32,000 nt of DNA from contig JAXMOK010000001.1 in NCBI GenBank assembly GCA_034669965.1, positions 814,194-846,193 on the forward strand, given 5' to 3'. The position numbers and the translations under genes are program-made. Of this stretch, positions 1-8,341 are shown piece after piece. The DNA comes from Balneolaceae bacterium (GTDB taxonomy: Bacteria; Bacteroidota; Rhodothermia; Balneolales; Balneolaceae). How positions within the stretch are numbered: position 1 is the first letter of the stretch; each line of letters opens with the position of its first letter. The notes beneath the pieces are model-generated. The model saw only the letters and a program-made list of their open reading frames with translations, was not told where the DNA came from and searched no databases.

Positions 1-1517
1 GTTGGGCTATGCGGACTGATTAAAATCGGAGCATCCCAATTATATCGTTCAAACTCATCGCCTTCCAGCGGTTGTGGCTGAATGAAGGTTCGATCTCCAC
101 TTACCCGATCGATGCGATGCAATCCACCTTGCTGCGTTTCGCCATACACGATATTCGGATTACCCGGCTCGGTGGCGGTATCATGACCATCGGCAAACAG
201 AATGTGCTTCCAATCGGTGGTGCGAATTCCGTGCGATAAATCGGTACGAGATGGACCTTCATGCGTTCCGTTATCTTGCGTTCCACCGTACATGTTATAA
301 AATGGTGCCTCGTCATCCACCGCAACTTTGTAGTATTGTGTAAGTGGTAAATTTGGCATGTACCGCCAGTTTTCGCCATGATCGAAGGTCTCGTACACGC
401 CACCATCAGAACCCATCAACAGGTAATCGGGATCATCAGAACGGAAAGCCAACGCGTGATTGTCAGAATGCTTGTCGCGCTCGGGCAGATTGCTGTACGT
501 CTTTCCATGATCGTTAGAAACGATGGTTCGAACGTTCATCAAGTAAATACGACCAAAGTGATGGGGCGATGCATACAATTCCTGATAGTAATGCGGGCCG
601 GTTCCACCGGATACCATGTCCGACATTTTATTCCAGCTACCGCCACGATTTTCCGACATAAATAAACCGCCTTTGGTTCGATCCAGCTCAATGGCTGCAT
701 ACACGATGTCGGGGTTTTGAGGAGATATTGCCAACCCAATTTTACCGAGATTAGAACCCGGAATTCCTTTTTTCAATGGCATCCATGTGTTACCGCCGTC
801 AGTAGATTTGTGCAACCCAGAACCCGGTCCGCCACCCATATAAGCAGCTACGGTTCTATGACGTTGCCAAGTTGCTGCATACATTACATCCGCATTTCTT
901 GGATCTAACACTAAATCGGTAACTCCAACCCATTCGTCATCGCCCAGGGTTTTGGTCCAGCTTTCGCCCCCATCGGTTGATTTGTACAAACCGCGCTCGC
1001 CGCCACTGCTCCAAAGCGGACCTTGAGCAGCTACCCAAATTACATCAGAGTTTTCTGGATGCACCACCACTTTCGAGATGTGTTCGCTGGCTTTAAGCCC
1101 CATGTTTTTCCAGCTCATTCCGCCGTCTTCACTTTTGTACACACCATCACCAAAACCTACGTGCCGGCCACCTACGTTTTCACCAGTTCCAACCCAAACA
1201 ATATGCGGGTTCGAAGGATCGATGGTAACACTCCCAATGGAATACACCGGTTGGTCGTCGAAAATAGGTTTCCAGGTTACTCCGGCGTTTTCAGTTTTCC
1301 AAACTCCACCCGAACCTACGGCAATGTACCATACATTTTCGTTTTGTGGATGGATTGCGATATCGGCGATTCGGCCGGAGGCAAAACCTGTACTTACATT
1401 TCGTAATTCAAGTGCCCCATAATTAGTTGAAGAGATGATCGATTTATCCTGTGCAAACCCGAAAGTTGTAAAAATGCCCAGAACCATCATCAACCCCAGA
1501 AATCTGAGTTTCATCAT
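1..1517 (-). CDS. Secreted BNR/Asp-box repeat beta-propeller protein (sortilin/VPS10-like family, usually annotated 'glycosyl hydrolase, BNR repeat'). N-terminal ~505 aa only; the gene continues beyond the left edge.
   Basis: Absent from the ORF track because there is no stop codon inside the window. My minus-strand translation from ATGATG at 1517-1512 gives MMKLRFLGLMMVLGIFTTFGFAQ, a signal peptide. Repeated Asp-box motifs of SxDxGxTW type follow (SEDGGMSW, STDGGESW, STDGGNTW, SNDHGKTY, FDHGENW), plus YGGTQDNGT. The frame stays open to position 1. All track ORFs listed in 101-1422 are in other frames or on the other strand. Confidence 0.8.
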   Translation of the reverse strand, partial: MMKLRFLGLMMVLGIFTTFGFAQDKSIISSTNYGALELRNVSTGFASGRIADIAIHPQNENVWYIAVGSGGVWKTENAGVTWKPIFDDQPVYSIGSVTIDPSNPHIVWVGTGENVGGRHVGFGDGVYKSEDGGMSWKNMGLKASEHISKVVVHPENSDVIWVAAQGPLWSSGGERGLYKSTDGGESWTKTLGDDEWVGVTDLVLDPRNADVMYAATWQRHRTVAAYMGGGPGSGLHKSTDGGNTWMPLKKGIPGSNLGKIGLAISPQNPDIVYAAIELDRTKGGLFMSENRGGSWNKMSDMVSGGTGPHYYQELYASPHHFGRIYLMNVRTIVSNDHGKTYSNLPERDKHSDNHALAFRSDDPDYLLMGSDGGVYETFDHGENWRYMPNLPLTQYYKVAVDDEAPFYNMYGGTQDNGTHEGPSRTDLSHGIRTTDWKHILFADGHDTATEPGNPNIVYGETQQGGLHRIDRVSGDRTFIQPQPLEGDEFERYNWDAPILISPHSP

Positions 1518-1661
1518 GATTGTATCCTTTGATTGTGGTTAGTATTTCTTGTCCCTGATAATTTTATAGTCAGAACTACCCCTTATTCTGAAAAAAATGC
1601 AATTTTTACCTGCGCTTTTACCTTGTTTTATATTTGGATAAGAACCACGCTTAATGTTATA

Positions 1662-3152
1662 TCAAATAAACAATCCAGCCCAGAGAATCAGAATACTTAG
1701 AATCGATAACATAGCTAGAAGCGGCCAGATAAAACGAAGCCACGTATTATAGTTCACGTTTACCATGGCTAACGATGGCAGAACCAAGCCGGCCGGAGTG
1801 ATAAAGAGCATGATTCCAAATCCAAATTGATAGGCGTTTACAATTTCCTCGGTAGGAACACCAATGATTTGAGACAGTGAACTCATAATAGGCATTGAAA
1901 CCACGGCTAAACCGGAAGAACTTGAGATGAAGAATCCCATTACAAAAAAGACAACAAATAATGCCGGAAGAAAGGCAAAACCCGACATCCCTTCCACAAT
2001 CTGAACAGATTCGTATAAAATGGTATCCGAGATTTTACCGTCGTTCATAATCACAGTTACACCACGTGCAATCCCAATTATAAAACAAACCCCCAATAAG
2101 TCTTTAGCGCCATCAATAAATTCTTTGATGAATGCCTGTTCTCCGGTTTTTTGGAGGAATCCCATCAGAATTGATGCAATTAAAAATAAAACGGTCATCT
2201 CTTCCAGCCACCAACCCCAGAATGCAACTCCGGCAATCATCACCAAAAATGTGCTCCCGAATAGTAAAAGCAATAAGATGATTTTGAGGCTGAGTGGTTC
2301 CGCTTTTTTATCAAGATGAATATGCTTAAACGGGCTATGGACATCTAAACCATGAAGTAATGATTTAGTAGGATCAGCTTTAACTTTTTGGCCATATCGA
2401 ACTATATAAGTGATACAAATTAATGTGCCTAAAATGAGCATAGCCAACCGGCTTGAAAATCCGACTGTCCAGTTAATGCCGGCAGCATCTGAAGCAATAA
2501 TAGTAGCAAAGGGATTTACGGTACTTGCTAATGTCCCCATGCTTGATCCGATATATATCACTGCTACGGGTACCAATAAATCGTAGCCGGCGGCAAGAAA
2601 AACCGGCACTAAAATTGGATAAAACGCCAGTGTTTCTTCTGCTAACCCAAAGGTAGTTCCTCCGATGGCAATCAATGAAGTAACGATTACGATTAGCAGA
2701 CTTTCCCGGCCTTTCAATTTTGATGCAAGAGCTGCTATTCCCTGGTCCAATGCACCGGAATTATTGAATACTCCAATAAACCCACCTATAATTAATACCA
2801 ACAAAATGATATCAATTACGGCATACATGCCTTTAATGGGCGCCATAAAAACAGCCAGAATTCCCTGGGGATTTGCGTCAACTTGCCGGTAAGTTCCGGG
2901 CACAGATACTGCCCGGTTTATATCACCATTGGTAAAGGTATCCAGCGCAATAGTGATATTAAGTTCATCAAGAGTTGCCTCGGTTGCAGGTAATGTTTCG
3001 ATACCGTTTTCTGATGAAATTTCGAACACATCCGTGGTAGAATTATACTCAAGGGAGCTGTAATTACCGGCAGGTAAAACCCAGGTGGCTATTGCAGCAA
3101 AAACAATTACTCCCATCAAAACGGTATAGGGAGTTGGAAATCGAAATTTCAT
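1662..3152 (-). CDS. YfcC-family (DcuC/ArcD-like) polytopic membrane transporter
   Basis: 496 aa with many hydrophobic segments. The N-terminus MKFRFPTPYTVLMGVIVFAAIATWVLPAG, followed by an extracytoplasmic loop, matches the YfcC/C4-dicarboxylate anaerobic carrier-like family layout as I remember it. ATG confirmed at 3152. Confidence 0.7.
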   Translation of the reverse strand: MKFRFPTPYTVLMGVIVFAAIATWVLPAGNYSSLEYNSTTDVFEISSENGIETLPATEATLDELNITIALDTFTNGDINRAVSVPGTYRQVDANPQGILAVFMAPIKGMYAVIDIILLVLIIGGFIGVFNNSGALDQGIAALASKLKGRESLLIVIVTSLIAIGGTTFGLAEETLAFYPILVPVFLAAGYDLLVPVAVIYIGSSMGTLASTVNPFATIIASDAAGINWTVGFSSRLAMLILGTLICITYIVRYGQKVKADPTKSLLHGLDVHSPFKHIHLDKKAEPLSLKIILLLLLFGSTFLVMIAGVAFWGWWLEEMTVLFLIASILMGFLQKTGEQAFIKEFIDGAKDLLGVCFIIGIARGVTVIMNDGKISDTILYESVQIVEGMSGFAFLPALFVVFFVMGFFISSSSGLAVVSMPIMSSLSQIIGVPTEEIVNAYQFGFGIMLFITPAGLVLPSLAMVNVNYNTWLRFIWPLLAMLSILSILILWAGLFI

Positions 3153-3304
3153 AAAGCTTAGTTATTGATTAAAATGCATGATATTAAATTAGAGGAGATC
3201 GGTAAGCAATGAAAAAGTTTTCTTTGAACTAATTTTCATTACGATTTAAAACTATAGTTGTACAAAAAATTTAAGCCATTGTAACTGAACATTGCGGTAG
3301 AGTC

Positions 3305-4189
3305 TTAATTCAGATCATCCACTGTAAAAGTTATCATGCCTCTTCGAATCCCCCCTAAAAACCCGATGCCATTATCGATCTGACCGGAATCCAACATATC
3401 AAAAACGTAGTAGTCAGATTCTTCAAATTGTTCCCATTCCGGGCCAAAATGAATGTATCTGATATATACTTCATTGTTATCTAATTGGTGGCATTCAACT
3501 TCCGGTTTCCAAAATTCCGGAGGAACATTCGATGCGCCTTCGCCGCCAATTGGTGGTGGAAATATATCAACTAATAAGTTCCTTACCGTCAGCTCCATGT
3601 CCATGGTATTAGTACCCGGTACATGATCGGGTTCATCAACTCGTTCAACTTCGCCCCAATAGGTTTGTCCATTATAATTCACACCTGCCTCCGCTAAAAT
3701 ATATTCCGGGGCGAGCACATTATCCCATTTAAACCTAACCTTGTGAAAACAGTTTTGTACCGGGTCGCGGCTGACGGTTAAATTGCCAATCCCCGGCATG
3801 GAAAAGGTTGAATGTACAATCTCATCTTCATTGTAGTTCAGCATAAAGGTGTAGGCAACCCGTGGCTGCAGATCTTCCAATACAATAAAATTTAAGGTAT
3901 AATTGCCATTGTAGTCGATGGTTGTATCTCTCAAACCAATAACTTTTCCGCTTTCAACTTCGGTGAGCGAAACTTGGAGATCTTCGTAGCCTACCGAGGA
4001 ATCGGCTAAAAATGGGATGGTTACGTCACGAACTCTGATCAGGTTTTGATCCTCATTCAATTCAACTGCGCCGTAAATAGAATAGGTTCCAATGGTTTCT
4101 TCGAAGGGATTAATAACCCGGTTTTTATTACAGCCCACAATCAAAATAAAAACCATAGTCAGCAACAATAAAGAATAGCGAATATTCAT
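3305..4189 (-). CDS. Lipoprotein of unknown function (possibly DUF4249-like)
   Basis: 294 aa. Signal peptide with lipobox-like LIVGC (MNIRYSLLLLTMVFILIVGCNKN). The C-terminal DNGIGFLGGIRRG motif resembles the conserved G-x-G-x-F-G-G end of DUF4249 lipoproteins. The family assignment rests on memory only. Confidence 0.55.
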   Translation of the reverse strand: MNIRYSLLLLTMVFILIVGCNKNRVINPFEETIGTYSIYGAVELNEDQNLIRVRDVTIPFLADSSVGYEDLQVSLTEVESGKVIGLRDTTIDYNGNYTLNFIVLEDLQPRVAYTFMLNYNEDEIVHSTFSMPGIGNLTVSRDPVQNCFHKVRFKWDNVLAPEYILAEAGVNYNGQTYWGEVERVDEPDHVPGTNTMDMELTVRNLLVDIFPPPIGGEGASNVPPEFWKPEVECHQLDNNEVYIRYIHFGPEWEQFEESDYYVFDMLDSGQIDNGIGFLGGIRRGMITFTVDDLN

Positions 4190-4263
4190 TAAGTAATAAG
4201 TGAATTTAATACCGACAGTAAATACTATAAATTCCTGGAAAAATTATCGCCTATCACATTTAT

Positions 4264-4989
4264 TTACTTAGTATGGAGCTTTTTTAGCTGCATAATCTCG
4301 ATCCCTTTAAAAACACCAAAAAGTACTAAAGACCAGATTGATATTATTACCTCAATCACTAGAATGTACATTGGCCACGGTGGCAGAATACTGAAAAATG
4401 TAGTGCCCGGCGGTTTCCCCATCACATACAAATAGTTACTGCCCAGCAAAATATTGATCCCGTATATTATAGCTGCAACCACATTCAACGCTATAATAGT
4501 ACGCCCAACGTCTTTTAGCTCTAGTTTCCATTTCCAAACTATGGCGGGGTACAGGGCTAATAAAACCAAGCCTAAATGAACGCTCCAATATCTGATGGCA
4601 TCGTAATGGAACAGTGAATAGGTAACCGATGGTGTTAGATTAGCCTGAGAAACACCTAAGACGACCCAAAAAAACGTAGTTGCCCAAACTAATCTGCTTT
4701 TCGAAGCATAAATCCAGATCATCACGAACGGCAGAAAATTACACATGTGCAATGGTATATCTCTGGTTACATCGAATGTGTTGGTATAAAGGTTGAGCGG
4801 TATTTTTGCTAGCTGCATGCTTGCTAGCGTAATTGCTATAGCTAATAGTATTTTGCGTTGCTTTTCCTCTGGTTGCACTTTCATCCATCGAACTAAACCT
4901 GTTACGCCAACCATAAAAACCAACAATACAACGTAATGCTCGGTTGAGTAAGAAGTAAATAAGTTGGTTGTTTCGAAAAAAGAGTTCAT
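4264..4989 (-). CDS. TIGR02206/YwaF-like integral membrane protein
   Basis: Polytopic membrane ORF containing an IPLHMCNF motif (family signature PLHLC). The track start at 5022 is a TTG. The first ATG is at 4989 (MNSFFETTNLF...), and I prefer it. Confidence 0.6.
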   Translation of the reverse strand: MNSFFETTNLFTSYSTEHYVVLLVFMVGVTGLVRWMKVQPEEKQRKILLAIAITLASMQLAKIPLNLYTNTFDVTRDIPLHMCNFLPFVMIWIYASKSRLVWATTFFWVVLGVSQANLTPSVTYSLFHYDAIRYWSVHLGLVLLALYPAIVWKWKLELKDVGRTIIALNVVAAIIYGINILLGSNYLYVMGKPPGTTFFSILPPWPMYILVIEVIISIWSLVLFGVFKGIEIMQLKKLHTK

Positions 4990-5037
4990 ATACAACTTTG
5001 TCAGCAACGTGAAATTGAGCAAAGGATAGTATTAATT

Positions 5038-6078
5038 TTACTGAGTTGAAAACAAGGCACACACCTTCAACTGGTTTTTGGCCCTTACCAGATTATGTTC
5101 GGGGTAATCGGTAGCATAATAGAAATCGCCATTCAAGTAATCGGTAATAAATCGAACTGCCATGATGTAGGCCATATATGCCCCTGCAAACTCCAGACTT
5201 TTCAGTTCATCGGGTTCCAAAAGTTCGCCGGCAGTATCTAAATATCCATCAACAAAAGCTTGTTTATATTGGCTAAGAAGTTCAATAGAATCAAAATCCT
5301 CTTCGTCTTCTTTAGCATTAACCGCTATCGAGCGAAGCGCATCACCTACATCAAAAAACACAAAACCCGGCATTACGGTATCTAAATCAACCACCGTGCC
5401 TAAATCGTGCTCGCCTAATAACACATTGCTCAGCTTTGTATCGTTATGCAGAATTCGTTGAGGCATATTTTTGGATTTCGCCTCTTCCAAACGATTACTC
5501 ATGATACCGCGTAATCGATCGATTTCTTGAAGAGATGTCTTGGCGCTTTTCATGCGATCTACCACGGGTTTCTTTAAAGCCTCATCCAACTGCGATAACC
5601 GTACATTGATATCATGAAAATCCGGTAGATGTGCTTTGACCTTTGTAACCGAAATCCCTTCAGCAGCTTTTAGAAAACTACCATACGTAAATCCTGCTTT
5701 TCGGCAAATTTCATTGGAATTGGCAACTTCGAATGCTTTTTTTTGTTCGATGAACTCAAGCATCCTCCAATATTGCCCATCCGACATTAGCACATATTCA
5801 CCCGTTTTCGTCGGAATGATGTCTGCCACCATTTCTCTATACTGTTTTTGGCTTTTGATATGATTGGTAACCAAAACCAGATTCTCCATTAACTCATCAA
5901 CGTGCTTAAATACATGATGATTCACCTTTTGAAGCAGCAAATCAGGTTGATTTGGGATGGAGTTTTTTAATCGAAATGATGAATTAATATGCCCCCCTTT
6001 TATCGGAATAACCGATTCGACATCAAGTTGAATGTCGAACCAGCTAGAAAGGCTTATCAATTTTTCATTTAGCCCCAT
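5038..6078 (-). CDS. N-acetylhexosamine 1-kinase-like phosphotransferase (NahK/LnpB family, APH fold)
   Basis: 346 aa. GGHINSSF (nucleotide-binding region), catalytic-loop LHNDTKLSNVL, DLDTVMPG, FFDVGDALR and the C-terminal DYPEHNLVR all parallel the Bifidobacterium NahK signatures as I remember them (HNDTKLNNIL, DLDTIMPG, FDFGDSIR, YPEHNLVR). The start overlaps the upstream gene by 10 nt. Confidence 0.75.
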   Translation of the reverse strand: MGLNEKLISLSSWFDIQLDVESVIPIKGGHINSSFRLKNSIPNQPDLLLQKVNHHVFKHVDELMENLVLVTNHIKSQKQYREMVADIIPTKTGEYVLMSDGQYWRMLEFIEQKKAFEVANSNEICRKAGFTYGSFLKAAEGISVTKVKAHLPDFHDINVRLSQLDEALKKPVVDRMKSAKTSLQEIDRLRGIMSNRLEEAKSKNMPQRILHNDTKLSNVLLGEHDLGTVVDLDTVMPGFVFFDVGDALRSIAVNAKEDEEDFDSIELLSQYKQAFVDGYLDTAGELLEPDELKSLEFAGAYMAYIMAVRFITDYLNGDFYYATDYPEHNLVRAKNQLKVCALFSTQ

Positions 6079-6965
6079 AACTTCTTTGGGTATTTCCCTT
6101 GCTCTACCAATGCTAAAATTTCTTGCTGTACGCGAGCTTTATCATCCGGGTAGGTTACGCCAAACCAGGTAGATTTTGTAGCTTTTACAGGAATATCAAT
6201 CCCACGGTCAATAAGTTCTTTTAAAATCTGAGGAGCATAGAATTCGGCTTTTAGTTCATGCTTATGATTTTCATAAAATTGAACGAATAGTTCTTCCATT
6301 AAATCATAAACGGCAGGTGAAAACCCCATCAAATTCATACTAACGATGGTGTCGGCTGGTAATACTTGGTTTCCATCTTCGCGTACGGATATAATTTCCG
6401 ATCCCTGCTTTTCGATTTGAGTATGCTCTTCAATTCCATTTAATAATCCATTTTCGATATCGCATACCCCACGAGAAACACTGCCAAACTTTGATAAGGT
6501 ATCTGCAAGCTGATAGCCAACCATTCCACCTCCTAAGGTTGCATCATTTATAGAATTTAACAGATTATGCATTTGTTCGATGGCTTCGAATCCGTAGAAA
6601 TCATCAGCATTAACCATACAAAAAGGCGTATCTACCTCTTTTTTGGTTACCCAAAGTGCATGACCTGTTCCCCATGGTTTTTCTCTATTTGGGATTGGCG
6701 AACATCCGTCAGGAAGGTTATCCAACTCTTGATACACAAATCGTAAGTCGATTTTGTCGGCAAATTTTCGCTTTGCAGCTTCCTCGAAATCTTCGGCAAA
6801 TGCTTTTCTAATTACAAATACTACTCGATCAAAACCAGACCGTATAGCATCGTAAACTGTATAATCGAACAGTTGCTCTCCCGATGGCCCGAAAGTATCA
6901 ACCTGTTTTAAGCCTTTATATCGGCTACCGAGTCCGGCAGCAAGTATTACTAATGAGTTTGACAT
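6069..6965 (-). CDS. Sugar-1-phosphate nucleotidyltransferase (NTP_transferase fold)
   Basis: 298 aa. The N-terminal LVILAAGLGSRYKGLKQ is a G-x-G-x-R nucleotide-binding loop typical of sugar nucleotidyltransferases. A mid-protein VNADDFYG motif is also present. The gene is coupled to the NahK-like kinase by a 10-nt overlap. Confidence 0.7.
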   Translation of the reverse strand: MSNSLVILAAGLGSRYKGLKQVDTFGPSGEQLFDYTVYDAIRSGFDRVVFVIRKAFAEDFEEAAKRKFADKIDLRFVYQELDNLPDGCSPIPNREKPWGTGHALWVTKKEVDTPFCMVNADDFYGFEAIEQMHNLLNSINDATLGGGMVGYQLADTLSKFGSVSRGVCDIENGLLNGIEEHTQIEKQGSEIISVREDGNQVLPADTIVSMNLMGFSPAVYDLMEELFVQFYENHKHELKAEFYAPQILKELIDRGIDIPVKATKSTWFGVTYPDDKARVQQEILALVEQGKYPKKLWG

Positions 6966-6976
6966 AGTGTATAAAT

Positions 6977-8326
6977 TTATAGGTCACCAAGACCAAATAT
7001 AGGTTTACGAGTTATCCATTTTCCTTCAGTAAAATCAGGAATTGGTTGAGGAGCTCCACCCTCTTGTATCGAAATTTCTGAAAGCGGTGTTATTGCTCGC
7101 ATTACGGCGGCATCGTACACATCTAACACGGGTTCCGTTGCTCTTCGAACGCTTTCAACAAAAGCACGATCCAGGAAAAAATCCATTCCACCATGGCCAC
7201 CACCAACCGCTTCTTCGCCGTACTTTTTCCACAATTCATGATCGTATTTATTAAACCACTCGTCTCCAAAATCCCATCGATGAGAATCCGAAACACCTTC
7301 AACATGCACACGTTTGGTGTAGTAATCGAATTCGGCCAGGCCGTCTACTCCTTGTACCCTAAAACCGAGCGAATAAGGACGCGGTAAGTTTGTATCGTGG
7401 GTGATGATCATTGTCTCGCCACGCGCCGTTGTTATTGTGGAAGTTACGATATCACCTAGTTTCCAGTTTACTTTAGTATAAGGATGATTCTCGCCACCGT
7501 CGGGGTGTTTTTTTGCAAAATGTTTTAGTGATCTGGCTTTGGTTGCGTGCGACGAAATCGAAACTAACCGGTTTCCGCGATTCATATCCATGTAGGTAGC
7601 AATTGGCCCTAAACCATGAGTTGGATACAAATCACCATTTCTATGTTCAGAATGAGCAGTTCGCCATCGTGCTTCGCCATAACTTCCCTCACCATAAATC
7701 AAGCCGCCCTCGCCATCGTTAAATTTTACGGCTCGTAAATCGTGTTGATATCCACCTCTGAAATGAATCAACTCACCAAAAATGTTATCCCGAACCATAT
7801 TTAACACCGCCATTACATCACGACGATAGCATACGTTTTCAAGAAACATCAAATGTGTTCCTGTTTGCTGATGTGTGTTTACTAAGTCCCAACATTCATC
7901 AATCGAAAAAGCTCCTGAAACTTCCGTTCCAACATACACTCCGGCTTCCATCGCTTCGATACACATGGCAGTATGCCAGCGCCAGTTAGTTGCAATTATT
8001 ACCCCATCAAGGTCTTCCTTTGCGAGCATGTCTACATATGAATATTCGTTAGCAGAATACACCGTTGGAGTTGCTTTATCTCGTTCTGCAAACATTGCTA
8101 ACGTTTTGTCAACTGCATCAGGATCAATATCACAAAAGGCCGGGCATTCCACACCTTCAGTAGCTATGATATTATTTACGTGATTTCTACCACGCAGCCC
8201 GGTTCCGATAAACCCTATTCTTATTGTGTCTGATTTTCGGGTTTTTGCTTTCAGGATTGCCGGCGCTCCAATTACAGTTCCAAGGGTTGCTACAGTGCCG
8301 GTTTTAACAAAGGTTTTTCGATCCAT
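6977..8326 (-). CDS. Gfo/Idh/MocA-family NAD-binding oxidoreductase, GH109-like (alpha-N-acetylgalactosaminidase family), exported
   Basis: 449 aa. Tat-like N-terminus MDRKTFVKTGTVATLGTVIGAPAILKA. Rossmann motif IGFIGTGLRGRNH. Size and architecture fit GH109 NAD-dependent glycosidases. Confidence 0.65.
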   Translation of the reverse strand: MDRKTFVKTGTVATLGTVIGAPAILKAKTRKSDTIRIGFIGTGLRGRNHVNNIIATEGVECPAFCDIDPDAVDKTLAMFAERDKATPTVYSANEYSYVDMLAKEDLDGVIIATNWRWHTAMCIEAMEAGVYVGTEVSGAFSIDECWDLVNTHQQTGTHLMFLENVCYRRDVMAVLNMVRDNIFGELIHFRGGYQHDLRAVKFNDGEGGLIYGEGSYGEARWRTAHSEHRNGDLYPTHGLGPIATYMDMNRGNRLVSISSHATKARSLKHFAKKHPDGGENHPYTKVNWKLGDIVTSTITTARGETMIITHDTNLPRPYSLGFRVQGVDGLAEFDYYTKRVHVEGVSDSHRWDFGDEWFNKYDHELWKKYGEEAVGGGHGGMDFFLDRAFVESVRRATEPVLDVYDAAVMRAITPLSEISIQEGGAPQPIPDFTEGKWITRKPIFGLGDL

Positions 8327-8341
8327 GTTGATTAAGTCTAA

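Noticed and set aside
101-1422. Track ORFs 101-406(-), 378-665(+), 539-739(-), 717-908(+), 1023-1406(+) and 1078-1422(+).
   Set aside because: All lie inside the long minus-strand BNR/Asp-box gene (1-1517), which the track misses because it has no stop in the window. Their products are low-complexity with no motifs. They are shadow ORFs of a real gene.
4739-5062. A 107-aa minus-strand ORF bridging the kinase stop and the membrane-protein start.
   Set aside because: It overlaps the TIGR02206-like gene in a different frame and the product has no recognisable features. The real intergenic gap is simply small.
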